This document shows, in pieces, positions 21,964 through 32,000 of a stretch of DNA of 64,000 bases. The notes beneath the pieces were generated by a model. It was not told the DNA's origin. It saw only the letters and a list, made by a program, of their open reading frames with translations, and did not search any database. Made by a program: the position numbers and the translations under genes. This DNA comes from Candidatus Eiseniibacteriota bacterium (GTDB taxonomy: Bacteria > Eisenbacteria > RBG-16-71-46), in NCBI GenBank assembly GCA_963717935.1, contig CAVQXP010000004.1, forward strand, positions 736,001 to 800,000. Reading direction: 5' to 3'. Position 1 is the first letter of the stretch, and the number at the start of each line of letters is the position of its first letter.

Positions 21964-22473
21964 ATGTCGAGGCCCCACTGCTGTCGCAGGATCTCGGGAA
22001 AGCCGGCCGCGTCGATGTTCAAGCCTGCGGGCGTTCCCGCGCGGGAGCTCGACGAGATCGTGATGACCCTCGATGAATTCGAGGCGCTTCGACTCGCCGA
22101 TCTCGAAGGGCAGTACCAGGAGCAGGCCGCGGAGCGGATGGGCGTGTCGCGCTCGACCTTCGGCCGGATCGTCGACTCGGCGCACCGCAAGGTCGCCGAG
22201 GTGTTGATCGAGGGCAAGGCGCTCAGGATCGAGGGCGGACCGGTCTACACGGAGCTGCGGAATCGCTTCCGATGCCGCAGATGCGCGCTCCAGTGGACGG
22301 GCCTGGCGCAGGAGGCCGGGGAGTGCCCGCGATGTCACACGCTGGACGAGCGCCCGGAATCGGTGGACACGGAGACGGACAGCCGCCGTCCGGGAGGCCA
22401 GCGCCGGCGCATGAGCCGGGGGAACCCCAAATCCGGGAGGCTCGTGCGCTTCCCCAAGGAGAAACCACGATGA
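21964..22473 (+). CDS. DUF134 (UPF0251) family putative DNA-binding protein with C-terminal CxxC..CxxC
   Basis: FKPAGVP, DEFEALRLADLEG..QEQAAERMGVSRSTFGRI, GKALRIEGG, CRRC and CPRC. Confidence 0.9.
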   Translation: MSRPHCCRRISGKPAASMFKPAGVPARELDEIVMTLDEFEALRLADLEGQYQEQAAERMGVSRSTFGRIVDSAHRKVAEVLIEGKALRIEGGPVYTELRNRFRCRRCALQWTGLAQEAGECPRCHTLDERPESVDTETDSRRPGGQRRRMSRGNPKSGRLVRFPKEKPR

Positions 22474-22898
22474 TCATCTGTGTTCCCGTCACCGAGGACA
22501 AGGGGCTCGAGAGCAACGTCAGTGCGCACTTCGGTTCGGCTCCGCTCTTCCTGCTCGTCGACACCGGGGACGGAGCCTGCCGGGCGATCGCGAACCGCAA
22601 TCTCCATCACGGTCACGGGATGTGCCAGCCGCTGCTGTCGCTCAGAGGCGAAGCGATCGACGGCGTGGTCGTCGGGGGGATCGGGAGGGGCGCCCTCGAC
22701 AAGTTCCAGGCCGCGAACATCCATGTCTACCTCTCGGAGTCGCCGACGGTCGAGGCGACCGTGACGGCCTTCAAGGCCGGCTCCCTGCGGGAAGTGACGC
22801 CCGCGGACGCCTGCGGACACCATGGCCATGGTCCGCAGGGTCACGGAGCCGGCGGTCGGCACGGCCTCGGCTGCGGCCCCAAAGACCCGTCGCGGTGA
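22470..22898 (+). CDS. NifB/NifX family Fe-Mo cofactor-binding domain protein with His-rich tail
   Basis: VSAHFGSAPLF, HGHGMCQP, GGIGRGA and ACGHHGHG; ATGA overlap with the DUF134 gene. Confidence 0.88.
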   Translation: MIICVPVTEDKGLESNVSAHFGSAPLFLLVDTGDGACRAIANRNLHHGHGMCQPLLSLRGEAIDGVVVGGIGRGALDKFQAANIHVYLSESPTVEATVTAFKAGSLREVTPADACGHHGHGPQGHGAGGRHGLGCGPKDPSR

Positions 22899-22987
22899 AT
22901 CCGTACGATCCCTGAGCGCCACCGCGGCGCTTCAGGGGGCCGGCGGAGCGTGGACGGCCGCGCCCAGTGGTGACGAAGGCAGCGAGA

Positions 22988-23013
22988 GAGGGGGCGGCCG
23001 GAGCCGCCCCCTC
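22988..23013. terminator. Hairpin between convergent nifX-like and peroxiredoxin genes
   Basis: GAGGGGGCGGC-CGGA-GCCGCCCCCTC. Confidence 0.6.
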
Positions 23014-23035
23014 CTTCGCAAGTTGCCGCGCCCGA

Positions 23036-23714
23036 TCACTTCGGGCAGGGCTTGGTGCTCAGGAACCAGTCGTGGATCTTCACCTCGGGGCCCGACTTCT
23101 CCACGCGCTCCCGGGCCGCTCCGCACGAGCCCGGGGTCGGGATGATGACGTCCTCGCCGGGCTGCCAGTTGGCGGGGGTGGCCACCGCATGCTTGTCGCT
23201 GGTCTGCAGGGCGACGAGGAGCCGCTTGATCTCCTCCATGTTCCGGCCGTTGGTGAGCGGGTAGTACAGCAGCGCGCGGATGGTGCCGTTGGGGTCCACG
23301 ATGAAGACCGCGCGCACCGCCTGGGTGGAACTGGCCCCGGGCTGGAGCATCCCGTAGAGCTTCGCGACTTCCATCGTGATGTCCGCGATCAACGGGAAGT
23401 TCACCTCCACGCCCTTCATGCCCTCTGTACTCGATCTTCTCCTTGATGGTGCGCAGCCAGGCGATGTGGGCGAAGATGCTGTCGATGGAGAGTCCCACCA
23501 GGGCGCAGTTCAGGGCCTTCAACGCCGGCTCCATGGAAGCGAAGGTCATGAACTCGGTGGTGCAGACGGGTGTGAAGTCCGCGGGGTGGGAGAAAAGGAT
23601 CACCCACCGGCCCTTGTAGTCCTCGGGGAAGTTGATGGGGCCCTGGGTGGTCTCCGCCTTGAAGGACGGAGCCTTGTCCCCGATGAGCGGCAGACGCGTC
23701 GTGCTCTCGTTCAT
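23036..23714 (-). CDS. Peroxiredoxin (Prx6 / archaeal-type; frameshift near 23423)
   Basis: LFSHPADFTPVCTTEF, then in the second frame FPLIAD, VRAVFIVDP, YYPLTNGRN, TPANWQPG and DWFL. Confidence 0.92.
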
Positions 23715-23869
23715 GGTGGTCTCCGGATCGTGAGGGGAAGGTGACGGAAACATCTGGCCCCGGGCCCGCCCCCTGTCGGGGACCCGGCGGCTCTCCGAAC
23801 GCCGCGGCGGTCGTCAGCGACGGGCGGTTCTGACCCCCGTCCGTGGAGCCGCACGCGACGGGATCGTGC

Positions 23870-24916
23870 CTATCCGATGCCCACGAACGTGCCGGTCGCG
23901 GTCGCACACTCCTTTCCATCCTGCTCGATCGCCGCGTTCAGGGCGTAGATCGTCTTTCGCCGCCGTGCCGGCTGCTCCCGCTGGAGCAGGCTGGCCGTCA
24001 CCGCGAGCGGGATGCGCGTCTGCACCGGCGACCGAAAGCGGACATTCAACCGGGCCGTCATGGCCCGGATCCCCAGCCGAAACAGACAGTTGGTCATCGC
24101 CGAGTCGAGCAGGAGGGAGACGATCCCGCCCTGGACGACACCGTCGTAGCCCTGAAACTTCTCATCGAGGGTGCAGCGGGCGATGACGCCCTCCGTGCCG
24201 GCGGCTTCGAAGCGCAGCCCCAACCCATCGGGGTTGGCCGGTCCGCAGGCGAAGCACTGCCGGTGATGGATCCGACCGGCCTCGGCCGGCTCGCGCCTCT
24301 TCCCGCTGGCGATCCAGACATCGTTGAGGGGAAGCACGTGGTGCTCGACGCTCTCGAAGCGCGTCCGGAGGAACTCGCAGATCGCCGGCGAGGAGAGCTT
24401 GCCTCGTTCGTGCGGCCGGTGGTGGATCGCCCGATGCACCTGGTCCATGACCCGGAAGCCGTGCGGATTGAATTCGACGATCAGGAGCCTGCCGTCATCC
24501 CGGAGCACGCGCGTCATCTCCTCCAGCACGCGTTCGGGCTCCTCCATGTGGTGCAGGGCGTCGGCCGCGGCCACGTGCGCGAAACTGGCGTCCGGTTGAT
24601 CGAGACGCGTCGCATCGAAGACGCGAAACGTGACGGCGGCCCGCGTGAGGGCGCCGATCCGTTCGCGGGTCTCGCGCACCACCTCGCCGTCGATGTCCCC
24701 GGAGATGACCTGGCAGCCGGCAGCCGCGAGGGCGAATGCCATGCGCCCCGAGCCGGTCGCCACGTCGAGCACGCGATCGGCGGCGCCGAATCCGGCGAGC
24801 TCGATGGCGTGGCGATGCTCGCCCACCAGGTCGTACCCCAGATCGCTCAGCCTCTGGTCGGAGGGGGTCCCGGGGAACTTCGTGCCGATGCTCGAAGGCT
24901 CGAAGGAGGCGCTCAC
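23870..24916 (-). CDS. SAM-dependent methyltransferase fused to a PaaI/hotdog thioesterase domain
   Basis: VLDVATGSG, ALHHM and EMTRVLR..GRLLIVE; then CFACGPANPDGL, FQGYDGVVQGGIVSLLLD and MTARLNVRFRSPV. GTG 24916 lies 7 nt after a -10 box. Confidence 0.8.
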   Translation of the reverse strand: MSASFEPSSIGTKFPGTPSDQRLSDLGYDLVGEHRHAIELAGFGAADRVLDVATGSGRMAFALAAAGCQVISGDIDGEVVRETRERIGALTRAAVTFRVFDATRLDQPDASFAHVAAADALHHMEEPERVLEEMTRVLRDDGRLLIVEFNPHGFRVMDQVHRAIHHRPHERGKLSSPAICEFLRTRFESVEHHVLPLNDVWIASGKRREPAEAGRIHHRQCFACGPANPDGLGLRFEAAGTEGVIARCTLDEKFQGYDGVVQGGIVSLLLDSAMTNCLFRLGIRAMTARLNVRFRSPVQTRIPLAVTASLLQREQPARRRKTIYALNAAIEQDGKECATATGTFVGIG

Positions 24917-24923
24917 GGGCGTC

Positions 24924-24952
24924 AGTCTAGAGGGGGCCGAGCGCGCAGGCAA
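24924..24952 (-). promoter_or_regulatory. sigma70 promoter, probably giving a leaderless mRNA
   Basis: TTGCCT-17 nt-TAGACT-7 nt-GTG. Confidence 0.6.
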
Positions 24953-25041
24953 TCAGGTCGGTGTCCCGGGGGCCGTCGGGCGGGAGCGAGCCGGCGCTGC
25001 GGTGGGCGCGGGGTCGCGCCGGCGCTTTGACGACATCGTTC

Positions 25042-25077
25042 CTCAGTGTTATCTATTATTTGATACGTAACACTGAG
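25042..25077. promoter_or_regulatory. Inverted-repeat operator in an AT-rich promoter region
   Basis: CTCAGTGTTA-16 nt-TAACACTGAG, perfect 10-bp arms, just downstream of TTGACG at 25027. Confidence 0.7.
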
Positions 25078-25173
25078 ACGTGGAGCTCCAGGCGCCGGAT
25101 CCCGGCGCGACGGCCGCGGGACACCGCGCCGGGAGCTTCTTCGCCTGCTGCCGGACCCGCCACGGAGGACCGC

Positions 25174-25935
25174 ATGAAGAGGCACCTGCTGCTCCCGCTC
25201 GCCGTCGCACTCGCCGCCCTGGCGGCCGCGCCTCCGTCGTACGCGTGCTTCGACACCTACGTGTTCCTGCAGAAGCAGAGCCTGGCGTATCCGAAGGGGC
25301 TGCTGGCCGTGGAGACCTCCGGTGAGTACATGGCGCAGGACCTGACTTCCGCAGGCGAGGACGCCTTCTCCGGCGGCCTGAACCTCTACTATGGCCTGGT
25401 CGACCGCTTCTCGGTGCAGGGAGCGCTGGCCTCGTCGGAGAAGGCGCGCAGCGAGTTCGGCTTCGACGAATGGGGCCTGCGCGGGGTCTACGGCCTGGTC
25501 CGACCGTACGACGGCGGCTACAGCCTCGACCTGGTTCTCGAGATGCGCACGGCCACCTCGGGCGGCTCGAGCACCTGGGAGGTGTCGGCCCCGAACATCT
25601 GGTACCGGAAGGACGTGACGCTCGTCGTCCACCCGGTGATGTCGCTTGCCTCGGGCGATGAGTTCGGCCTGCGCGGGCATGGTGGCGTCTTCTACTCGGT
25701 GGGTGGGCTGGGGATCGTCGGGGTCGGGAGCGAATACGAGAGCGCCCAGAGCAGCGACCACTTCAGCCATCGGCTGGTCCGGGGCGCGGGCGCGACCAGC
25801 CTGTTCCTCGGCGCCGCCCTGGGCCCGCACCTGTTCCTGCAGAACGAGTTCATCAAGGGCTGGGGGAGCGGCGGGTCGGACGTCGGCTTCGCGGTGACGC
25901 TCAAGTTCCTCCGCCCCGGCGGCCCGATGCGCTGA
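25174..25935 (+). CDS. Hypothetical exported protein, probable outer-membrane beta-barrel
   Basis: RBS GGAGG; signal peptide; alternating amphipathic strands (GLNLYYGL, YSLDLVLE, VGFAVTLKF). Confidence 0.7.
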   Translation: MKRHLLLPLAVALAALAAAPPSYACFDTYVFLQKQSLAYPKGLLAVETSGEYMAQDLTSAGEDAFSGGLNLYYGLVDRFSVQGALASSEKARSEFGFDEWGLRGVYGLVRPYDGGYSLDLVLEMRTATSGGSSTWEVSAPNIWYRKDVTLVVHPVMSLASGDEFGLRGHGGVFYSVGGLGIVGVGSEYESAQSSDHFSHRLVRGAGATSLFLGAALGPHLFLQNEFIKGWGSGGSDVGFAVTLKFLRPGGPMR

Positions 25936-25993
25936 CCGGGGACGGACCCGGCCGGGGACGGGACTCGCCGCAGCGGGCCACGAAGGATCCAGG

Positions 25994-27301
25994 CTACGTC
26001 TTCTGCTTCTTCTTCTCTGCCGCGGGGAAGAGCACGTTGTTGAGGATCAGCCGGTAGCCGGGCGAGTGCCTGACCTTCGACAGGTCGGTCGCCGGGTCGC
26101 CCACGCGGTGCTGGAAGTCCTCGGGGTCGTGGCCCCCGAGGAAGGTGAACGTGCCGCGCCCGTACTGCCCGTGCAGGTACTTCACCTCGTCGGCGCCCTC
26201 GACCTCGCCCAGCACCAGCACGCCGCTCTTGATGAACTGCCGGCGGAAGCCGGTGGTCTGCCCGAGGAAGTCGAGCACGGCGTTCGCGTGGTCCTGCACC
26301 AGCATGGTGGGCACGGGATCGTTCTTGGCGGAGAAGTCGAACAGCGTGAAGAAGGAGTTGGGCCCGCGGGCGTCGGCCTCCTGGGTCACGTCGATGTCCG
26401 AGAACCGGTAGAGGTACGGGTTCATTTCCAGGTGGAAGTCCTTGAAGGCGAGCGTGAGCGTGAAATCGAGCTCGCGCTGGGCCTGGGGGCGGCCGGATCG
26501 CCGTCGTAGACCGTGTCGGCGATGTCCACGCCGGTCGGCGGCGAGCGCCATGTCGTAGGTGTCGGTGGCCGAGCACATGCCGAACATGAACCCGCCGCGC
26601 CCGATGAAGTCTCTGACGGTTCGGGCCACGGCACCCTTGAGCTGGGTCACCTTCGCGAAGCCCATCCTGGACGCCATCGCCTTCTGGACGCGCTCCTCCT
26701 CCTGGTACCAGGGGAAGCCGTGGTAGGCGGAGTAGAACTTGCCGTGCTGCCCGGTGAAGTCCTCGTGGTGCAGGTGGAGCCAGTCGTACTTCGCCAGCTC
26801 GCCGCGCAGCACCTCTTCGTCCCAGACGCGGGTGTAGGGGATCTCGGCGTAGTCGAGCGCCAGGGTCACGGCGTCGTCCCAGGGCGGTGTGTTGGGCGGG
26901 ATGTACACGGCGATCTTCGGCGGTTTCTCCAGCGCGACCGCCTCCATGTTGTTGTCGGCGATCTCGGCGCGCATGGCCGCCTCGGCGCCGCCGTCCATGG
27001 GCTCGAGCGCGACGCCGCGCACGTTGGCTTCGCGCTCGATGCCCGGATCGTCGGGCAGCAGGAAGGAGCCGGCACGATAGTTGAGCAGCCACTCGGCCTT
27101 CTGCCCCTGCTGGAGCACCCAGTAGGTGAGCCCGTAGGCCTTGAGGTGGTCGGTCTGCCGGTCGTCCATGGGGACGAGCCACTTCGCCTGCGCGGGCGCG
27201 GCTGCGAGCACGACGGCGAGGAACGCCGCGGCGATCCCGCGCCCGCCCGGCGCACGCGATCCCGCCGTCCGCCGCTCTCTGCCCGCGATCCCGCGCTTCA
27301 T
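25994..27301 (-). CDS. Conserved exported hypothetical protein (family I recall being mislabelled 'asparagine synthetase B'); two compensating indels near 26490-26535
   Basis: Q.DHLKAYGLTYW, WLLNYRAGSF, WDDAVTLAL.YAEIPY, DWLHLHHEDFTGQ.GKF, FGMCSATDT, GGHDPED and SPGYRLILNNVLFPAA; the alternate frame gives GVDIADTVYDGDP. Confidence 0.8.
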   Translation of the reverse strand: MKRGIAGRERRTAGSRAPGGRGIAAAFLAVVLAAAPAQAKWLVPMDDRQTDHLKAYGLTYWVLQQGQKAEWLLNYRAGSFLLPDDPGIEREANVRGVALEPMDGGAEAAMRAEIADNNMEAVALEKPPKIAVYIPPNTPPWDDAVTLALDYAEIPYTRVWDEEVLRGELAKYDWLHLHHEDFTGQHGKFYSAYHGFPWYQEEERVQKAMASRMGFAKVTQLKGAVARTVRDFIGRGGFMFGMCSATDTYDMALAADRRGHRRHGLRRRSGRPQAQRELDFTLTLAFKDFHLEMNPYLYRFSDIDVTQEADARGPNSFFTLFDFSAKNDPVPTMLVQDHANAVLDFLGQTTGFRRQFIKSGVLVLGEVEGADEVKYLHGQYGRGTFTFLGGHDPEDFQHRVGDPATDLSKVRHSPGYRLILNNVLFPAAEKKKQKT

Positions 27302-27311
27302 CTCATCCTCC

Positions 27312-29048
27312 TCAGAAGACCCGGCGGTCGCGCCGGAGTCTCTCGGCCACGCGCCGTACCTCGGGCGCGTTCCAGGCGCGCGGGTAGCGGGCGAGGCACT
27401 CCTCGTACTGGACCAGAGCGGCGCGCTCGTCCTTGAGCCGGGAGAGGTAGAGGTCGCCGGCGCGCTGGCGGGCGAGCGGCGCGAGCCGGTCGTCGGGCAG
27501 CGAGTCCGCCACCGCCAGCAGGAGACCGAGCGCCGCGCGCGCGTCGCCCGCGGCTTCACGCTGGGACGCGAGCAGCAGCGCGGCCTGCGCCCAGAGTGCC
27601 CCGCGCGGCAGCACCTGCGTGAGCGAGTCGGTCAGCGCCAGGGCGCGTCGGCGGTCGTTGCGCCACTCCTCGTAGGCGATGCGTCCGAACACCGCGAGCG
27701 CGGCTCGCGGCTCCGCGTCCTCGATCAGGTAGGCGCGCTCGAGGGCGGCGCCGCGGAAGGGCCCCTGCGGGTCCGCGGCGATGCGCTCGTAGAGGTTCAG
27801 CGCGGAGTCGCTCCGCCCCGTGAAGAAGAGCGCCTCGGCGTAGCGCCACGCGCCCTCGCGCGTGGCTCCGGCCAGCGCGGCGAGCCGCGGCAGCGCGCGC
27901 TCGGGCGGGCCGTCGCGCAGGTCGGCGAGGGCTTCTTCGAGGTCGAGCTGGGGCACCGCCGCGGGCGGCACGGCGCCCGCGCGCAGCAACGCGCGTGCCT
28001 CGTCGGTGCGGCCGGCCTCGCGCAGCCCGCGGGCGATCGCCACGAGGAAGTCAACGGGCCAGCGTGCCGTGGGGACGCCATCGAGCGCCCGGGCCAGCGC
28101 GGGCGCGGCCTCGTCCCCGGCGCCGCGCCCGCACTGCAGCGTCCAGGCGTACTGCGCCCCGGTGAGCCGCCAGGTCGCGTCGAAGCGGCCATCGCCCGCG
28201 AGCGCGGTCAACGCCGCAGCCGCGGCGCCCGAGTCACGGGAGGCGCCGGTGGAGGTCAACTGCTGGGCGAAGTCCCAGAGGAGCGGGGCCCGTGCCGTGC
28301 CGTGCCGCTCGGCGTGCTCGAGGGTCGCGAGCGCCGACGCGAGGTCGCCGCCGCGCCAGTCGAGCATGGCGCACGCACGCACGAGATCCGCGCGGTCGGG
28401 CCGCGCCTGGGCCGCCCGGCGCATCAGCTCCCGCACGCCGCGGGCGTCCGCTGGCGCGAGGCGGATGACGGTCTCCTGGGCCCAGTCGGCGTCGAGCGGT
28501 GAGGCGAGCCAGGACTCGAGCGCCACGCCCGCCGCGTCACGCGGGCGGCCCAGCCGCTCGAGCGCGAGCGCGAGCTCGCGCGCCACCATCAGCGAGTCCC
28601 GCTGTGCTGCGCGCTCGATGCGGCCCAGCCGCTCCGCGCCGGCGAAGTCCTGCCGCGCGAGGAGCAGGCGCGCCTGCTCGGTCACCACGGCCGGGTGGTG
28701 CGCGACCTCGGCAAGGAGCGGCGCCAGGGCGGTCCGGGCCTGCTCGAGACGGCCGCTCGCGCGCAGCGCCCGCGCCTGGCGCAGGCGGGCGACCTGGGTG
28801 GGGGAGAGGCGTGGCATGCGGTGCTGGCTCACCGGGGCCAACTCGGCGTCATCGGCCGCGCCCACGACCAGGAGCCCGGGAGCGATCTGCCGGACGCCGG
28901 ACTCCCGCGGATCGAGGTCACGGATGTGCCGGTAGGTGGCGGTCGAGTCGAACGTCTGCGCAGCGGCGGGCGTGGCTGCCACCGCCACCGCGACCATGCC
29001 CGCGGCACGCGCCATCATCCGAAGCCACCGCGACGCGCGGGCCCTCAC
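27312..29048 (-). CDS. Exported TPR-repeat protein
   Basis: GTGA overlap with the upstream stop; signal peptide ending PAAAQ; TPR-like helices (YEECLARYPRAWNAPEVRR). Confidence 0.75.
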   Translation of the reverse strand: MRARASRWLRMMARAAGMVAVAVAATPAAAQTFDSTATYRHIRDLDPRESGVRQIAPGLLVVGAADDAELAPVSQHRMPRLSPTQVARLRQARALRASGRLEQARTALAPLLAEVAHHPAVVTEQARLLLARQDFAGAERLGRIERAAQRDSLMVARELALALERLGRPRDAAGVALESWLASPLDADWAQETVIRLAPADARGVRELMRRAAQARPDRADLVRACAMLDWRGGDLASALATLEHAERHGTARAPLLWDFAQQLTSTGASRDSGAAAAALTALAGDGRFDATWRLTGAQYAWTLQCGRGAGDEAAPALARALDGVPTARWPVDFLVAIARGLREAGRTDEARALLRAGAVPPAAVPQLDLEEALADLRDGPPERALPRLAALAGATREGAWRYAEALFFTGRSDSALNLYERIAADPQGPFRGAALERAYLIEDAEPRAALAVFGRIAYEEWRNDRRRALALTDSLTQVLPRGALWAQAALLLASQREAAGDARAALGLLLAVADSLPDDRLAPLARQRAGDLYLSRLKDERAALVQYEECLARYPRAWNAPEVRRVAERLRRDRRVF

Positions 29049-32000
29049 CGGGAGCTCCCGCGGTTCAGCGCGCGCAGGTAAGCCTCGATGAAGGCGCGGT
29101 ACTGCGACGGATAGCGGTCGGCCTGGGCCTTGAGCAGGTCGAGCCGCAAGCGGTCGCTCTCTCGCAGCATCTCGGCCGGCAGTGCCGGTGGCGCGGCGCG
29201 CGCGGCGTCTTCGCCCGGACGTGACTCGCGGCGCGGCTCGAAATCCTGGCGATTCACGGAGCGCTGGGCGTCGAGCAGCCGCGACAGGATGTGCTGCTGC
29301 TTCTGCTCCACCTCGTCTCCGAGCTGGCCCTGGCGCAGCGCTTCCTCGACCTGCTTCATCTCCTCGGCGGTCTGGTCGAGCCGCCCGAGGAGCTGGCGCC
29401 GCTGCCGCTCCTCCTGCTCGATTTGTCCGAGCTCGTCGTGGATCCGCGCCTGCTCCCGGGCCAGGCGCCGCAGCTCGTCCTGATCGCCGGCGGTGAGCCG
29501 CGCCTGCTCGGTCAGGCGCTGGCCCAGCGTGCGCGTGCGATCGTTCAGCTGCGCCTGGCGGTTGCCGAGCTGGTCCATGCGCATGGGCACCGTGCCGCCG
29601 GGCTGGCCCTGGCCCGGGTTCTGGCACATCGAGCTCTCGGCCTGGCGCAGCTTCAGCACGGATTCGACCAGGGCGCCCGCTCCGGAACGTCCCGCTGCCT
29701 CGCCGCCGGCGCGGTCGCCCTGCGCGAATTGCTTGCCCGACTGCTGCAGGCCCTTGATGGCGCGGCCCAGCGCCGCCGCGAGATCGGGGTTGATGAAGGG
29801 CGTCTTCTTCCCGAGCGTCCAGAGCGAGTCCGCGACGCGGGCGGTACCCTCGGAGAGGTCCGTCTGGAGGTCGGCGCGCTGCTTCGCGGGGGAGTTCGAG
29901 TCGAGGCTCCGCTCGGCTGCGCGCTGCAGCGAGACCAGGTCCTGCGCGGCGCGGCGCACCGCCGCGAGGTCCACCTGCTCCCGCTGCTGCTGCATCTGGT
30001 TCGAGACGTTGCTGAGCTGCTCCGAGGCGCGCTGCAGGCTCTGGCTCGCGCGCCGGCCCGCCTGCCGGGCCTGCGCCTGCCGGTTCTGCGCCAGCGCCTG
30101 CGCGGCTTCGCGCTGGGCGGGAGCCGCTTCCTGGTCGAGCTCCTGCGCGGCTTCCCGGAGCCCGGGCTGCGCCTGGGGCTCGTTCATCTCCTGCCCGAGC
30201 TGCTGCGCGTCACGGGCGAGCTGCTCGCTCTCGGCGGCAGCCTGCCTCTGCTCCTCGGCGAGCCCGCGCTGTGCCTGTTCGGCCGCCTTCTGCTCGATCG
30301 CCTGGTTGTGCCCGTCCTGCTGCGCCTTCAACTCCTCGGCGCGCCGGGCCAGCGCCTGGAGGCGCTCCTCCTGCCGCAGCCGCTTCAGCAGCTCGAGCGT
30401 GCGCTCGAGGTTCTTCAGCAGCTGTTCGTTCTGGAGGCGCCAGTCCTGCAGGCCCGGTTCCGGCGGGCGGCGCTGCGTGTTCTCGAGCGCCTCCTGCAGG
30501 CGGCGCATCGCTTCCCTGAACTCCTGCGACTGGATCTGGTCCATGACCTGGGCCAGTTCGCGGAGCTTGCGGGTGAGCTGCTCGTCGAACGCGCGGCGCT
30601 CGGTGGCCTGCTGGAGGCCCTCGCGCAGCTGCCGTGAGGCTTCGTCGATCTGGTGGGAGAGATCCTGCTGGCGGTCGAGCGCGCTCTTCACCTCCTCCTG
30701 CCGCTCGAAGGAGCGCGGGCTGCCGGCGGTCGGCATGGGCGCCTGGCGGGCCAACCTGTCGAGCGACTTCTGCAGTTCCTGCGCGCGGTCCGCCACCTTC
30801 TCGAGCGCGCCCTGCACCGAGTCCTGGCCACGCTCCAGGTCCTGGTACAGCTCGGCGAGCGACGGGAAGCGCAGCTCGTAGGTGGCGCTCGTCGCCACCC
30901 CGCGCCCGCCCTCCGCGTCGTCGAAGAGCTGGAAACGGAAGCTCGCGCTCTGCCCGGGCAGCAGACCGAGCGGGGCCGCGTCCCAGCGCGCGCTGGCGCG
31001 GGCCTCGCGGGGCCCGCCGGCGAAACGCGCCAGCGTCAGGTCCGTCCACGTGGCGTCCGCGTCCTTGCGCACCTGGAGCCGGAGTTCGGTCAGCCCGAGG
31101 TCGTCCTGGCCGAGCACCTCGTAGGGCACCTGCTGGCCGGCCGGCAGGTCCATGTCGCCCTCGGGCACGCGCACGGTGAGGATCGGCGGGGCGTCGGCGA
31201 GCGGCTGGATGGGGTAGCGGAACCGCCCCTCGCCTCCGAGCTCGTCCTGCGCGGTGCGCGCGAGCGCGCGCAGTTCGTAGTCGCCCGCCTGCCGGATCGC
31301 GATCTCGCCGCGCCAGCGACGCGGATTGAGCGCTCTCCACGGTCGCGCGGGCGCACCCGGGGCGGCGGCCTCGAGCGCCTCCAGGTCGCGGTCGAAGAGC
31401 ACCTCGATCAGCGCCCGCGAGCCGCGCAGCGCCGTCAGGTCGCCACGCGTGGCCGCACCGCGCTGCACCGGCAACCGCGCGTAGGCCGGCGGGTGGATCT
31501 CGATCTCGAAGCTCACCGGCTGGGGCGTTCCGGCGAGCGTCACGTGGTAGCGCGGGCTCTCGATCCCGGCCACGCGCACCCGGTAGTCGAGGGAGCGCGT
31601 GAGCTGGGTGAGGTCGAACCGCCACAGCCGCTCGCCGCCGTCGCCGTCGCCCTCGTGAGTACCCGCGTCGGCGGGGGATCCGTCCCGCAGCAGTCGCGGT
31701 CGCGCGGTCGTGCCCCAGACCCGCGCCCGCACCGCCAGCGCGGCGCCCGGCGTGACCGTCACCGAGCCGGGCTCGACCTCGAGACGCACGGGCGGTGCGG
31801 CGGTGCGCGGGTCGAGCAGCGTGTGCCACGAACGCTCCGTGCGCGCGGGGAGCACGAGCCCGAGCGCGGCCACGAACGCGAGCGCGATCGCCATCGCGGC
31901 GAGGGGACGACGCGCCTCGAGCGCGGGCCGCATGGCGACGAGCGGCACCTCCGCCAGCCGGCGCGAGGTCTCGTCGCCCAGGGCCCGGGCCAGCTCGGGC

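Noticed and set aside
22470..22898. Nitrogen fixation locus
   Set aside because: The NifB/NifX domain is widespread in non-diazotrophs; no nifHDK or nifEN is in the window.
25994..27301. Asparagine synthetase B
   Set aside because: No N-terminal Cys Ntn domain and no SGGLDS motif; the protein has a signal peptide.
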